From: Auanema rhodensis
Taxonomy: Eukaryota; Animalia; Nematoda
DNA: 64,000 bases
Direction of reading: 5' to 3'
Assembly: GCA_964057225.1 (NCBI GenBank)
Contig: OZ059894.1
Span: 11,036,001-11,100,000 of the forward strand
Below, piece by piece: positions 34,326 to 46,076 of the stretch. Under the pieces are notes generated by a model. That model was given only the letters and a program-made list of their open reading frames with translations. It was not told the DNA's origin and ran no database searches. Made by a program: the position numbers and the translations under genes. Each line of letters opens with the position of its first letter. Position 1 is the first letter of the stretch.

Positions 34326-37300
34326 TTGCCGGGCGAGGGTTGCGATTTGAATTTTTCAAACAGCAATAAGAGAGGATAGCTGGTAGAAGGAAAGGAGCGA
34401 GAAAGGAGAGGGCTGTGTATAAGATATATGAACATGCTGTGACTGCAGCTACGACGGGTACGATCCATTTCCAATTATCCTGGATCACTTCTATTAGAGG
34501 TTCCAAGTTGGGGAGATTCCAAGAGAGTCCAGATGTTCCATTATGTAGTTTGATCAGTTCTTCTGAAATTGTAGTGTCACTTATGTAGTGTAATCTGGTA
34601 CTTAGCTGGATAAATTGCTTTGTTGCTCTTCCGCATGTTAGAGTACAATTTTCTTGTACTTTGGGTTCATTGAAGTATAGTTTTATCGTTGTGGCGGGAT
34701 TTTTGTCGGAGCATCGAATTATAGTAGAAAAGGAATCGCAGTTCAGTATTGCATTTAACTCGTCCTTTGTTTCACATGTCATGTTTAGCGTTGTTCCTTC
34801 TCTGCATTTATAACATCCTGTTATCATTTGAAAATCTGAAAAACAAGGATGTCTATTAGTGTATAGACTTTCGATGCTAAATTGCGGGTTTTGCATTGTG
34901 AGCGTTGATTCTTCCATTTTTGATAGAACTGTTATAGTTCCTGCTTCTTTTGTTATCCTATAATTCGTATTAATTTTTGGAAGCTCATATTTTTTCAGTT
35001 CTCTTTGCGTCGCTGAATCGCAATTGCAAGAGAGCTGTGCTGCGGCCCCCAAACATGGGCAAGGCTTTCTTATGTGGCATGCATTAAACTTATCTGCCGC
35101 CATTCTTGCATTGCTGCATATAACAGCTGGTTTTATTTGCTCCGTTATCATGTAGTTGTTTGTCTCAGATGTTAAAAAAATTTTGTTGTACAGTTCCGTT
35201 GTTGCTTTTGCTGTGACTGACGAAATCTGTAATGATATTCCGTGAAACTCGTATTTTCGGTAGGGCTGTAGCAAAATGTCGTATTTTTGAGTGTTGTTGA
35301 GGTATATGATCGTTAATTTTGCTTGCACTTCTTGCTTCCATTGTATGCATTTGATCTCTTCGTATACTTCTTTGTTCTCTGGTTGATAAGTTGGTCTAAA
35401 TAAAATGCATCCTTCTATAGGAAGTCCACAGCTGTTGAATAGTCCTCCTCCGGCTCTGGTGCAGTAGGTTCTTCCAGGATTTTCGTATGCAGAATATAGT
35501 TCGGATACAAATGTATCCTGTCGAATATCATCGCATCCGGTGCCCCAGGGGCAATGAGTTGTACCGGCGCATCTATGAGAGGAGTGAATGGTTAGGTTAG
35601 TTATTCTAGTGAATCCTTGCGAAACTTTTTGGCATGAAAATTTATGTTGAATTAATTGAATTTCTAGTTTTCCTATAGTGGAGTTTTGATATTTGATGTA
35701 GGAGCAGAGAGAGTTTTGTAAGGGATTGAATGAAATTTCTTCGTTGGTTATTTTGGTGCAGTTTTGTATATCGTCGCAAAAGATTTCTATGTTTTTATGA
35801 GCGTTGGGGGATCCACAAGCTTGCGCCTGGCATATGAGAAAAAAGAGTGTGAATAGGAGGGAAGGGATGTACGAAATGGTGGGCTCGTTCTGTCGGCGGT
35901 ATGTTCTTAGTCTTCTGTAGATTAGACCACAGCTAATGAATAAAAGAGCGCAGCCAATTAATGGCGTAAGTACTATAAGAATAGCTAAGATTGGATTACA
36001 GTGAGGATTGCCTATGATATGTAGGATGAATGGCGGTGGGAAGTCACATGGGTGAGGAAGTTTGCATGTTTGATTCTGAGTTGACTCCAAGTTGAAGCGT
36101 GAAACGGATGCTGTTTTTGGTAAAACTGAAATAGGTAGTGGGATTATTTTGGATTGGTGTGCAGAGAGATTATGGCAGCTGGAGTCGATGCATATTGTTG
36201 AGTGGTTTGGTTGTGCTGGAAATACCACTTGTGATGTTGAACACCTGATTATCGGTTGGGTCATAGCAACTGAAAATATTTGTATTAGCATCAGAAAACG
36301 AAAAATGTTCCTTAGCCGGTTCGGATTGGTTGGTGTGTGTGAAAGATGATTGACAGTTATTTCCTGTGGTTCTCTTTCTTTGTCGAAATTGTCCTTGAGC
36401 TCGAGTGGGTAGAGTTTTTCAACTGGTTTCGTGAGTTCTTTGCCGTTTCCTAATTTAATTCTTGCGGATCTGAATATGTTATCCGAAGACGGTAGTAGGG
36501 CAGTAATGCGCGCCATTTGCCAGTTGCATCTGTTCAGGTTATCTTCTTCCACAAGGACCACCTCATTTAGCGTTGGGTGGTTAGAACTTCTGTGCGTTTG
36601 TTTTGTGGATGCGTGGGCATTACGGAGACATAGAAGATATTCCTTGGACCACCGATCCCAGAATGATTCCGCTATAATTTCCACTTTCTGCAGATTTTCA
36701 AATGCTTCTTTATTCGTTTGTATTGGGTTTGGTTCATCCAAGGCTTGTCCCAATTGTTCTACGTTACCTCCTGGTACGAGAACGGGGCTGCCGTTATTCA
36801 AGAAATCTGCTGGTGTCAGGGGTCGGTCGTCTACATTATCTGAATTTGTATAGGTGATCGGTCTGGAATTTATTATTCCTTCGATCTTTATAATTGCCGT
36901 CGTTAGTTGGTCTTTGTTGACCAATTTAAGCTGCAATGATTTGTAGAGCGAAGTTTTTACTATCGCAACCAGTCGCTCCCATACTCCTCCAGTCCATGGG
37001 GCACTGGGAGTGTTAAAAATCCATGTAATGTGGTGTTTTTGTAAAAATTTTGTGAAACTTGTTCTATGTTCACTATCATAAGTTTCTAACATGTTAAGTA
37101 TCTTAGCCGAGTGAACAAAATTGCTCCCATTGTCCGAACGGATAACGTCCGGTAATCCTCTGCGAGCTACGAATCTTATAAATGCATTGAGGAATGTATT
37201 AGAGGTCATGTCGTTAATTGGTTCGAGGTGAACTGCTCGAACCGTTAGACATGTAAAGATTACTATATATATTTGTTCACTTTTTCTATATTTAATGGGT

Positions 37301-40300
37301 CCGATACAGTCTAGCCCCGTATGCTTAAATGGCATAGCTTTTGTAATTCGATCTTCTGGCAGAGGTGCCAGAAAATCTGTGGTGAATGGGCGACTGAGTA
37401 TTTTTTGACACGGGACGCACTTTTTTATAATTGATTTGCATACCTGCCTTGTTCCTGCCATGAAGAACTTTTGAAGAAATAGGCTGATCAGATGTGTAGT
37501 TCCCAGGTGTGCATTTTCTTTATGTATGGAAAGCAAAATTAGTTTACCTAAATCAGATTTTTTGGGTAGTAAAAAGGGGTACTTTGTGGATGCAGGCAAT
37601 TTGGCGTTAAGCAAACGTGTTTGAATTATACGTAATCCGTTGTTATCCTTGGTGGTGCGAAATTGCTTTATTTCCGATTGTTTTAATTTTTTCTGGGCCT
37701 CTTGTATAAGAAAGAGATCTGCGGTTTGGGATTGCTGCTTTTCCTTTTGCGCTCGTTGTAGCATGGTTGATGTTGGGGTTTTGTTTATTTTCTGCAATAG
37801 TACTAGCGCGGCTTTAAATACCAAACCTGTGGTCCGTTGTAGTTTGGAGTACGAATTAAATCTTCCTGGTTGTATTATTGACTCGTATGATTGAATATCA
37901 GTAGATACGGGTAGAATGAGCATGGGGGGTTCGTCTTCGTCTATTGGAGCGGTGAGTTCCTTTATTGGTCTGTTGTCCATTTGTGATAGCCATGGTGGAG
38001 AAAACAACCAGCGTTCCTTTAACAGATTTTGGTCTGTTGTCCCTCTAGTTCCAATGTCTGCTGGATTATGGTCAGTATCAACATAGTGGAAGTGTAGTGA
38101 AGCTTTTTGAGCTTCCAACCTTCTTCCTATTTCTTCAATGTTTTGCCGCATATTACTGATAAAAACGGGGACACTTTTTTTCGTTATAAGCCAAGATAGA
38201 GCTATTTGGCTATCTGACGCAATGTTAATTGCCAGATTCGGCTCGTTCAAATTATTGTATATTGTTTCCGCGATTTTCATTCCCATAAAAATTGCGGATA
38301 GTTCTAAGCGCGGGATGGTCAAAGTCCTATTTTTGGGGGCTAATTTTACTTTCCCCATTATGATTGGAGCTCTTTCTGTGCTGGTAGTTAAATAGGCGCA
38401 TGCTGCAATAGCTTTTGTGCTTGCGTCTACAAAAACCCACAGTTCTTTCTTGTCTCTTTTGCTAGATAATTCCCGCGGAACTTCAATGTTGAACGGCCCT
38501 ATCTTTGTGCTGGCTTTGTTCCAATCGGCGACGAGATCCTCGGGGACTTGCTCCTTCCAATCGACATTGCTGTTCATTACTTGTCTTAAAATAATTTTAT
38601 ATGGAAGTAGGAGCGGTGCCGCTAGTCCTATGGGGTCATATATGCTGTGTAAACTACTCAGCATATCTCGTTTAGTAAAAGACTGTTGCATACGCATTTG
38701 TCCTGTTAATACAAACGAATCTTTACCGGCGTTATATAGCACACCTAGTATTTTGGGATTTTTATCTGGGTGGTGATCTATCGCCGGAATTTCGTTGTTA
38801 AAATGGGATGAGTTACTAAAGTATTCTCTAACATTCATCGAAATTTGAGAGAATATTTTCTTTGAATCTTTATATAAATCGGTTAGTTCTTTTTGATCAT
38901 TGGTTATATAAAAAATATTATCTACATAAAGATATCTTAGGGTTTTTTCTACAAATGGTGAGGTGTGGCTATTCAAATACGCGTGTAACGACATGTTTAA
39001 TACAGCGGGGCTTGCCGTAATGCCAAAAGCTAACCTATTAAATCGAAATTCTATTATATTGTTTGGTGTAGGCGGCTTATTGACATCTTTCAACCAAAGA
39101 AAGCGACAGAGATCTTTACAATCATTAGCTATGCGTATTTGTGTGAAAGCACCTTCAATATCACACATCAGAAAATACGATTTGGTACGAATACCTATCA
39201 AGATATCGAGAATTTTGTTGGTGAAGCTCTCACCTGTTGAGGTTATGTCATTTAGAGAGAGTTGTCCTTTTTGTTTAGCAGATGCGTTAAAGACTATGCG
39301 AAGAGGCTTGGTTTTTTGGGGTTTCCACACACCGCGATGTGGCATATAATAAGTTCTGGTCGCCTCAACATCTGCCGGGACTAACTCTATTACGTTTTCT
39401 TTTAAATATTGTGAGAACGTTTCTTGATAGTATTTTTGCTGATTGGGGTCTTTTTGTAAGGATATTTGAAGACGATTAAGTGTTGCCAAAGCAAGATTAC
39501 GGTTAGATTGAATATTTATGGCGTTTTTCTTTAGTGGGAGAGGGGCGGTTATGTAGCCGTTATCAAACGTAAGTAAAGTAGAATATTCGTTATAGAATAG
39601 TTCTGATTTGTTCAAAGCTCCTTCATGTGGAGCAATGCCCAAACTATCTATTTCGAATAATTGTTTAATCATAACTTCCTCCGGTATTTGAGGGTTTATG
39701 ATTAAGGAATGGACGGCTATGGATTCATGGGTATTATTTGTTTTTCCATAAATACAGGGACCAAAGTGGGTGTGTTTAATTTTTAGACCCGATGGTAATG
39801 AAATGGATGGCTCTTCAGTTATTACTGAATCATACCAATCCATACCTAACAAAATGTCGGGTGAGAATGTTTCCCCATTAATGAATTGATTGGTGACGGA
39901 AATTTTGGTTTTTTCAAGAAATTCTCTATCCCGGATTTGTAGAGAACAGCATTTTAGGTTTCCGGTGAGTGGTTTTGGGGATGTTAGCAAAATTAGTTTA
40001 ATTATTTTTCCATATGGGGTTTGCAAAATAGCTTCGACTGTTTTTGTTTCAAAAGTTTCTTTATTGCCCGAAAATCCGGTTGCTGTAATGTTTTGTGTTG
40101 CTAAGGTATTCAAGTTGCATGTCTCAGCTGTTTTTTGATGGATGAAGCTTTGAGTTGCTCCGGGGTCAAGAAATATGGTTTTAGTATGATAAGTGTTTGT
40201 TAAAGGATTTAAGAGAGAGATTTGAGAAGTCATGAGGTAAGCGGGAGAAGGATGGAAAGATTTAGATATAGTGGTGCAATTCATGGACGGTTTAGTAATT

Positions 40301-41526
40301 TTGATGGTTGGCTTAGGTAGGCATAAAGTATAATTATGCTCTTTTTTGCAGTTTCGGCAACTTTCGAATTTGCACTTACTGCTTGAGTGTGTTGGACTAA
40401 AGCAAATCCAACACCTATTTTTTCTCTTTATAATCTCTCTTCGTTCTTGGGGGGTGGTTATCGTGGGGCATTTTGTAGGGCGATGACCCTGCTTATCGCA
40501 AAAAACGCAGGGTCGTTCTGATTTTTCTGAGGATTTGATGGGTTTTGAGAAAAAAGGCTGAGTTTGGTCTCGATACTGAGGTTCGGATCGTTCTCGTCTT
40601 AAATAAGCCGAGGTTTCCTTTGAGTATGCTATACCCTCTATGTCCTTCAGAATTTGACTTATAGTATTTTCGCCGGGCGATCGCCAACAGCGCATATCTA
40701 TAATTTCTTCAGGAAATTTCTCAGATATCTCTGTGACCCAAGCTGGGTCTTCAGTATTGTATATATATTTAGATCTTGCTCTGTCGAGTTGGTCGAGCAA
40801 AGCTCGAATCTCATTAACTCGGGATCTCAAAGAGGTGGGGTCGGATTTTGCGACAGGTAATCTCCTGATATTACGGTATATGCGAAAGTCAACCGCTAAT
40901 ATCGGTTGATATGTGTTTTGTAAGGTTTCGATTATTTGGTGATAAAATTCGCCGTTTAAAGGCTTATTCTCGAGATGAACCCTGGCAGGTCCTTGTAGGG
41001 CTTCTGCCAAAAAAATGTTTTTCTGTTGTATATTTAGGCTAGGTTCATTGTGAATGAGGGTTTTGAATTGGTTCCAAAAGAGTGGAAATGTTAAGGAGTC
41101 TCCGTTAAATGTGGGAATCGAAAGTTGAGGTGTTTTAACGGAGAGACCAAAGCTAGTTCGCGTTGGTCTTTTATTCCGATCCGACTCTTGGTCGTCTTCG
41201 GAATCGGGGAGGGGTTGTTTTTTAGCTGTTTTGGTTTCTAGTTCCAAAATCAGGATGTTCGCTCTTGTTACTGTGTCAGCATGAAGCGTGGTTACCTCGT
41301 TTATTCTTCTGTTCAATTCAGAAAACGTAGGTTCGGGGAGAAGAGAAGCAAGAGTAGCGAGAGATGATTCTTCAGACCTAAGTTGTGTGAGAGATGTGTG
41401 TAGGCGTAGAAGCGAAATGTTTTCTTGGTTCTCAGTTTTAGTTTTTATGAGTAGTTTGGCTAGTTGCTCAAATTTGTCTGCGAAATTGTGAAGTTTTTCA
41501 TTGAAAACTTCTTCAGTACGGTCCAT
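34309..41526 (-). CDS. BEL Gag-Pol-Env polyprotein, 2405 aa
   Basis: Three Cys/His knuckles, LDPGA protease, YVDN RT, FVDAS RNase H, integrase, TM-flanked Cys-rich C-terminal glycoprotein as in Cer7/Cer13-type elements. Confidence 0.93.
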   Translation of the reverse strand: MDRTEEVFNEKLHNFADKFEQLAKLLIKTKTENQENISLLRLHTSLTQLRSEESSLATLASLLPEPTFSELNRRINEVTTLHADTVTRANILILELETKTAKKQPLPDSEDDQESDRNKRPTRTSFGLSVKTPQLSIPTFNGDSLTFPLFWNQFKTLIHNEPSLNIQQKNIFLAEALQGPARVHLENKPLNGEFYHQIIETLQNTYQPILAVDFRIYRNIRRLPVAKSDPTSLRSRVNEIRALLDQLDRARSKYIYNTEDPAWVTEISEKFPEEIIDMRCWRSPGENTISQILKDIEGIAYSKETSAYLRRERSEPQYRDQTQPFFSKPIKSSEKSERPCVFCDKQGHRPTKCPTITTPQERREIIKRKNRCWICFSPTHSSSKCKFESCRNCKKEHNYTLCLPKPTIKITKPSMNCTTISKSFHPSPAYLMTSQISLLNPLTNTYHTKTIFLDPGATQSFIHQKTAETCNLNTLATQNITATGFSGNKETFETKTVEAILQTPYGKIIKLILLTSPKPLTGNLKCCSLQIRDREFLEKTKISVTNQFINGETFSPDILLGMDWYDSVITEEPSISLPSGLKIKHTHFGPCIYGKTNNTHESIAVHSLIINPQIPEEVMIKQLFEIDSLGIAPHEGALNKSELFYNEYSTLLTFDNGYITAPLPLKKNAINIQSNRNLALATLNRLQISLQKDPNQQKYYQETFSQYLKENVIELVPADVEATRTYYMPHRGVWKPQKTKPLRIVFNASAKQKGQLSLNDITSTGESFTNKILDILIGIRTKSYFLMCDIEGAFTQIRIANDCKDLCRFLWLKDVNKPPTPNNIIEFRFNRLAFGITASPAVLNMSLHAYLNSHTSPFVEKTLRYLYVDNIFYITNDQKELTDLYKDSKKIFSQISMNVREYFSNSSHFNNEIPAIDHHPDKNPKILGVLYNAGKDSFVLTGQMRMQQSFTKRDMLSSLHSIYDPIGLAAPLLLPYKIILRQVMNSNVDWKEQVPEDLVADWNKASTKIGPFNIEVPRELSSKRDKKELWVFVDASTKAIAACAYLTTSTERAPIIMGKVKLAPKNRTLTIPRLELSAIFMGMKIAETIYNNLNEPNLAINIASDSQIALSWLITKKSVPVFISNMRQNIEEIGRRLEAQKASLHFHYVDTDHNPADIGTRGTTDQNLLKERWLFSPPWLSQMDNRPIKELTAPIDEDEPPMLILPVSTDIQSYESIIQPGRFNSYSKLQRTTGLVFKAALVLLQKINKTPTSTMLQRAQKEKQQSQTADLFLIQEAQKKLKQSEIKQFRTTKDNNGLRIIQTRLLNAKLPASTKYPFLLPKKSDLGKLILLSIHKENAHLGTTHLISLFLQKFFMAGTRQVCKSIIKKCVPCQKILSRPFTTDFLAPLPEDRITKAMPFKHTGLDCIGPIKYRKSEQIYIVIFTCLTVRAVHLEPINDMTSNTFLNAFIRFVARRGLPDVIRSDNGSNFVHSAKILNMLETYDSEHRTSFTKFLQKHHITWIFNTPSAPWTGGVWERLVAIVKTSLYKSLQLKLVNKDQLTTAIIKIEGIINSRPITYTNSDNVDDRPLTPADFLNNGSPVLVPGGNVEQLGQALDEPNPIQTNKEAFENLQKVEIIAESFWDRWSKEYLLCLRNAHASTKQTHRSSNHPTLNEVVLVEEDNLNRCNWQMARITALLPSSDNIFRSARIKLGNGKELTKPVEKLYPLELKDNFDKEREPQEITVNHLSHTPTNPNRLRNIFRFLMLIQIFSVAMTQPIIRCSTSQVVFPAQPNHSTICIDSSCHNLSAHQSKIIPLPISVLPKTASVSRFNLESTQNQTCKLPHPCDFPPPFILHIIGNPHCNPILAILIVLTPLIGCALLFISCGLIYRRLRTYRRQNEPTISYIPSLLFTLFFLICQAQACGSPNAHKNIEIFCDDIQNCTKITNEEISFNPLQNSLCSYIKYQNSTIGKLEIQLIQHKFSCQKVSQGFTRITNLTIHSSHRCAGTTHCPWGTGCDDIRQDTFVSELYSAYENPGRTYCTRAGGGLFNSCGLPIEGCILFRPTYQPENKEVYEEIKCIQWKQEVQAKLTIIYLNNTQKYDILLQPYRKYEFHGISLQISSVTAKATTELYNKIFLTSETNNYMITEQIKPAVICSNARMAADKFNACHIRKPCPCLGAAAQLSCNCDSATQRELKKYELPKINTNYRITKEAGTITVLSKMEESTLTMQNPQFSIESLYTNRHPCFSDFQMITGCYKCREGTTLNMTCETKDELNAILNCDSFSTIIRCSDKNPATTIKLYFNEPKVQENCTLTCGRATKQFIQLSTRLHYISDTTISEELIKLHNGTSGLSWNLPNLEPLIEVIQDNWKWIVPVVAAVTACSYILYTALSFLAPFLLPAILSYCCLKNSNRNPRPAMSANA

Positions 41527-42425
41527 TGCTACCGTTTTTTGATTTTTTGATGCAAAATGTATGACTTTTGAATTTCTTAGTTGAATTGTTGCAAAATGTG
41601 TTGGTAACTTTTTTGATATTGAGATTGAGATAGAGATAGAGATTCAGATGAGATGAGATGAAGCAAAGAAGTTTAAAGAATGTGATGATGAAGAAAAGTA
41701 AACAAAGGAACTGAGAAATAAAAAGTGAGAATAGAAAATAATACAAAAAGGTTTCTAACAATTGATACCTGATTTGGACGATGCACCAATTTGGACTATG
41801 AATCCAAGAGTTATTCCAGGGGAATCTGTTTTGGTTTCTAGTTCCAAAATCAGGATGTTCGCTCTTGTTACTGTGTCAGCATGAAGCGTGGTTACCTCGT
41901 TTATTCTTCTGTTCAATTCAGAAAACGTAGGTTCGGGGAGAAGAGAAGCAAGAGTAGCGAGAGATGATTCTTCAGACCTAAGTTGTGTGAGAGATGTGTG
42001 TAGGCGTAGAAGCGAAATGTTTTCTTGGTTCTCAGTTTTAGTTTTTATGAGTAGTTTGGCTAGTTGCTCAAATTTGTCTGCGAAATTGTGAAGTTTTTCA
42101 TTGAAAACTTCTTCAGTACGGTCCATTGCTACCGTTTTTTGATTTTTTGATGCAAAATGTATGACTTTTGAATTTCTTAGTTGAATTGTTGCAAAATGTG
42201 TTGGTAACTTTTTTGATATTGAGATTGAGATAGAGATAGAGATTCAGATGAGATGAGATGAAGCAAAGAAGTTTAAAGAATGTGATGATGAAGAAAAGTA
42301 AACAAAGGAACTGAGAAATAAAAAGTGAGAATAGAAAATAATACAAAAAGGTTTCTAACAATTGATACCTGATTTGGACGATGCACCAATTTGGACTATG
42401 AATCCAAGAGTTATTCCAGGGGAAT
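41226..42425. repeat. 600-bp tandem duplication (LTR end, PBS, leader, first 100 gag codons)
   Basis: 41226-41825 repeated at 41826-42425. Confidence 0.93.
42371..42388 (-). promoter_or_regulatory. BEL primer binding site (tRNA-Gly-like); second copy at 41771-41788
   Basis: TGGTGCATCG 1 nt after the LTR. Confidence 0.75.
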
Positions 42426-42830
42426 AGCTGTAGTATTACTCGTTCGACGTGATACAGGAGTTAATACCGTTTAGGAGTATTAACGAAGGTTGATACTCGA
42501 AGAGAATATTATCAGGGTTGAACTTCGCAGATTTGGGTTTAAAAGGTTTATTAAATAAAGATGGTACAGTGGTAGAAAGGTTAGATTTTAAAGTGAAGGT
42601 TTCTTGGGTTTATATATGATTTAGCTTAAGGGTGATATTTGATATTTGAATAGAAAGGTCACGTTAATGTAAACTATAGAGGTGATAAAAGTTCAACATC
42701 CTTTGAGAATGTTGCGCAATAGGTTAATGATACAATTATTCGGTTAATAGATAATGGTTTAGTATTTCAGAAGAGTTATGTTTATATTGTAAATCATTAT
42801 ATTTTGTTAATAGTCAGGCATTTGCCGACA
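42390..42830 (-). repeat. BEL 5' LTR
   Basis: TGTCGGC...GTCCAAA on the minus strand. Confidence 0.95.
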
Positions 42831-43076
42831 TAAGCAATGTTATATTCTTCATTATCAGTTATATCACTCTAAATCTTGTTGTTAATAGTTAGGACCACAA
42901 AGAAAACAACAGGAACAGTAACAAATGAAATGCCCAAACTTTACAGTGTTCGAGTTATTTACAGTATCTAAGACTACCTCTGTCGTGTTATTAGAGCAAA
43001 CATTCGATTAACAACAACTTTTTTTTAGTTATCAAAGCTTTTTTATTTCTTCAAAAAATTTCAAATAAAATATAAA

Positions 43077-43195
43077 AGCTTACGACACCCGGGATTCCCA
43101 AGCCGTCTCCGATCCAAGTACTAACCGGGCCCAACGTTGCTTGACTTGCCAGATCGGACGGGATGGCGTACTTTCAACGTGGTATGGTCGTAAGC
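43077..43195 (-). rRNA. 5S rRNA
   Basis: Identical copy. Confidence 0.97.
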
Positions 43196-43337
43196 AATGT
43201 CATATTCTTCATTATCAGTTATATCACTCTAAATCTTGTTGTTAATAGATACGACCACAAAGAAAACAACAGGAACAGTAACAATAACAAAAAAAATTTT
43301 TTTTTCATCTATGTGTCTAAAGGTTAGCCATGTATCC

Positions 43338-43379
<42 letters not shown>

Positions 43380-44559
43380 ACAGTAAAAAGTCCAATCAAG
43401 AGAGAAATTTTTTCAACACATAGTTGTTTTTTTTTTAAATATCATTGTTTTTCCTCATAACTCGGTTTAAACTCGTTCTAACCCGTTGAAATACGTCTAG
43501 AAAGTCTTTATAACATGCATATGTATGATAGAACTTCATATTTATTGTAATAGAAAATTTTATTTTCAGACGTCTTGGTTAACAATGATATGTTTTACCC
43601 CCTTATAATTTTTATCATAATGTTCCTTATACGGAACGCTCAATGAAACTTGCTTCCAGAAAAATTTCTTTCTATTTTTTCTTCATATGTACGTAGATAC
43701 TATAGAGAACTATGATAGAAAACTTTAACATTCACGAAATCATCATTTCTCATTACGCTACGGAGGTTTAAAAAGCTGTGTTTTACCTTATAATAGACCG
43801 GAAAACCCTTGTGTTAAAACTGGACCGTTTTTACACATATGAAAATGTCCCGTATTCGGGACCCTAATGTAACTTTTGATTCCCTATATTTTTTTTCATG
43901 AAATTTACAATCTACTGTAGAAAGAAGAATTATTTTTATAAAAACTGTAAATTTTTGAAAAATGAAAACAAAACGAAAACAAAAACAACTTTTTTTTGAA
44001 CATTTTCTCACACAAGGGTCCCCCCTTACCTACTTTTTTTCTCATTACTCGTTTCAACCTCATCCGATCACTCTGCAAACATGTTTAATCGTTCTAACTT
44101 GTTGAAATACGTCTTAAAAGTCTAAACAACATGCATATGCATAATAGAAACCACCCGAATAGGCCCCCACGCACTAAACGAGATATATACATTACCAGTA
44201 TAGTAATAGAACACATATTGAAGATTAATTCGATAAGAACAATTTATTGACGTAGAGAATGTTTGTTCCGAAAAACTACAATATTAAACTATAAAAGTAA
44301 CAAAAGCGTAGAGGCAGCAAAGACATGAATAAACATAAATGTAAATACAGAATTACCAGGTAGTACATAAGTATGACAAAAAATTATAAGAAAGCCATGA
44401 AAATAGAAGGTTTGTGAACAAATGAGAGGTACATTTTTGATCGTATAGTCATTTCTAAACCGTTCGTATGCTGCAGCATCGTCATAAGCGTCATTCAAGT
44501 TGAATTTCCATGTGTACTACACGATTTTCATTCTTATTGTTACATTCTTTCCCTGAGGG

Positions 44560-44707
44560 AATGGGCCGTTCCCGCCAGCAGTGCAAGAGCGGGTCGACCC
44601 GTGAGGTGGAGCTAGCAAGCCAGCATCTACCTCAAGTCTCAAAAATCGGTTAACCTTATTGTGAACCAATGGAACACATATCGAAGGTTAATTCGATAAG
44701 AACGATT
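44560..44707 (-). pseudogene. U2: U2 gene lacking nt ~3-38, replaced by a truncated retroelement 3' end
   Basis: U2 nt 39-end intact; normal upstream flank resumes at 44901. Confidence 0.9.
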
Positions 44708-44900
44708 AATGGTTTATTGAATAACTAATGTTATGATACAATAAATAACCAATAAAAAAGAGCCCAGAATCGGGGAGACGGTATTACCAGTACAACTTAA
44801 AACAGCAAGTAATTAAAAAGTACATAATAAGACACATTGCCAACAGAGGCTAAAACGACTCAAGAGTCGGGGGAGTGGGTTAAAAATAAAAAAAAAAAAA
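44708..44900 (-). mobile_element. 5'-truncated Utopia-like insertion (3' UTR only)
   Basis: Matches 29500-29680 with ~5 substitutions; same U2 junction. Confidence 0.92.
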
Positions 44901-45344
44901 ATACAGCATAGCCATGAGTATCAAAGACATCAAGCAAATGTATCGTACTTGTTACGAGTGCACTCTCTCATTTGAATATAAAAGTGTGGTTTGACAATCT
45001 TGACTGTACAGGTCATAAATGGCTCATATAAACTGTGGATTTACTCAACTTTTGGACTTATTTTTTTCTTATTCGAAGCGCTGCACTTTTTTCTATTCTT
45101 TTTATTCAAATACTTGTATATAGTTTTATATGTACGGTTGCAAAGTTTCCGAATATTTTATATATTTTTATACAATAATTAGGAGAAGGTTAATACAATG
45201 AAATCTCCCAACTTTACAGTGTTTGTATTGCTTACAGTATCTAGAACAACCACTCTTGTAATATTAGAGCACATATCAATCAACAACTTTTTCTAGTTAT
45301 CAAAGCTTTTTTATTTCTTCAAGATATTTCAAATAAAATATAAA

Positions 45345-45463
45345 AGCTTACGACACCCGGGATTCCCAAGCCGTCTCCGATCCAAGTACTAACCGGGCCC
45401 AACGTTGCTTGACTTGCCAGATCGGACGGGATGGCGTACTTTCAACGTGGTATGGTCGTAAGC
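45345..45463 (-). rRNA. 5S rRNA
   Basis: Identical copy. Confidence 0.97.
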
Positions 45464-46076
45464 AATGTTATATTCTTCATTATCAGTTATATCACTCTAA
45501 ATCTTGTTGTTAACGTTCCATATTGGTTCCTAGGGTTCCGGCTAGGTAACCATATGGACTTTAATAGTGTGAATGCCATTGTAAAAGTAACAGAGAGTAG
45601 AGAAAAAGAAGTTTATTCAGAATATGGAAATACAATTATAAAAGCAAAATACAATAATCAAATAAATGAAACTACATGTTATGAGAAAGCCAACCTAGTT
45701 GCTTTCTCAGGGGTTTATATAGCAAAATATTAATTACAAATATAATTGAATTTATACAAAAAGTAGTTCAGGTCTAGTTTCTTATTGAATTCTATTAACC
45801 AAAAGTCGGTTGACGTTGTCAACCGCCTTCTTTATAAGACACGTATGGAACATGCCTTATATTGAAAAAGTAGCTGACCTCAGCTATAAGAAATTAGACC
45901 TTTTAAGGAAAAGAAACAAAAGAGAAAAATATATATATAAATGAATTAGAATTAGAATACTAGAATAGGAATAATAGTGTAATAGGAATAATATTAAAAA
46001 AAATGAAAACAATATAAAAAGAAAAAGAAAAGAAAAGAAAAGAGAAGAAAAACTATAAATTCACCTCGTGCAGCTG

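Larger units (their letters stand above)
33885..42830 (-). mobile_element. BEL/Pao (Belpaoviridae) LTR element with phlebovirus-like env
   Basis: 441-bp LTRs, 5-bp TSD TAAGC, tRNA-Gly-type PBS, intact ORF. Confidence 0.95.
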
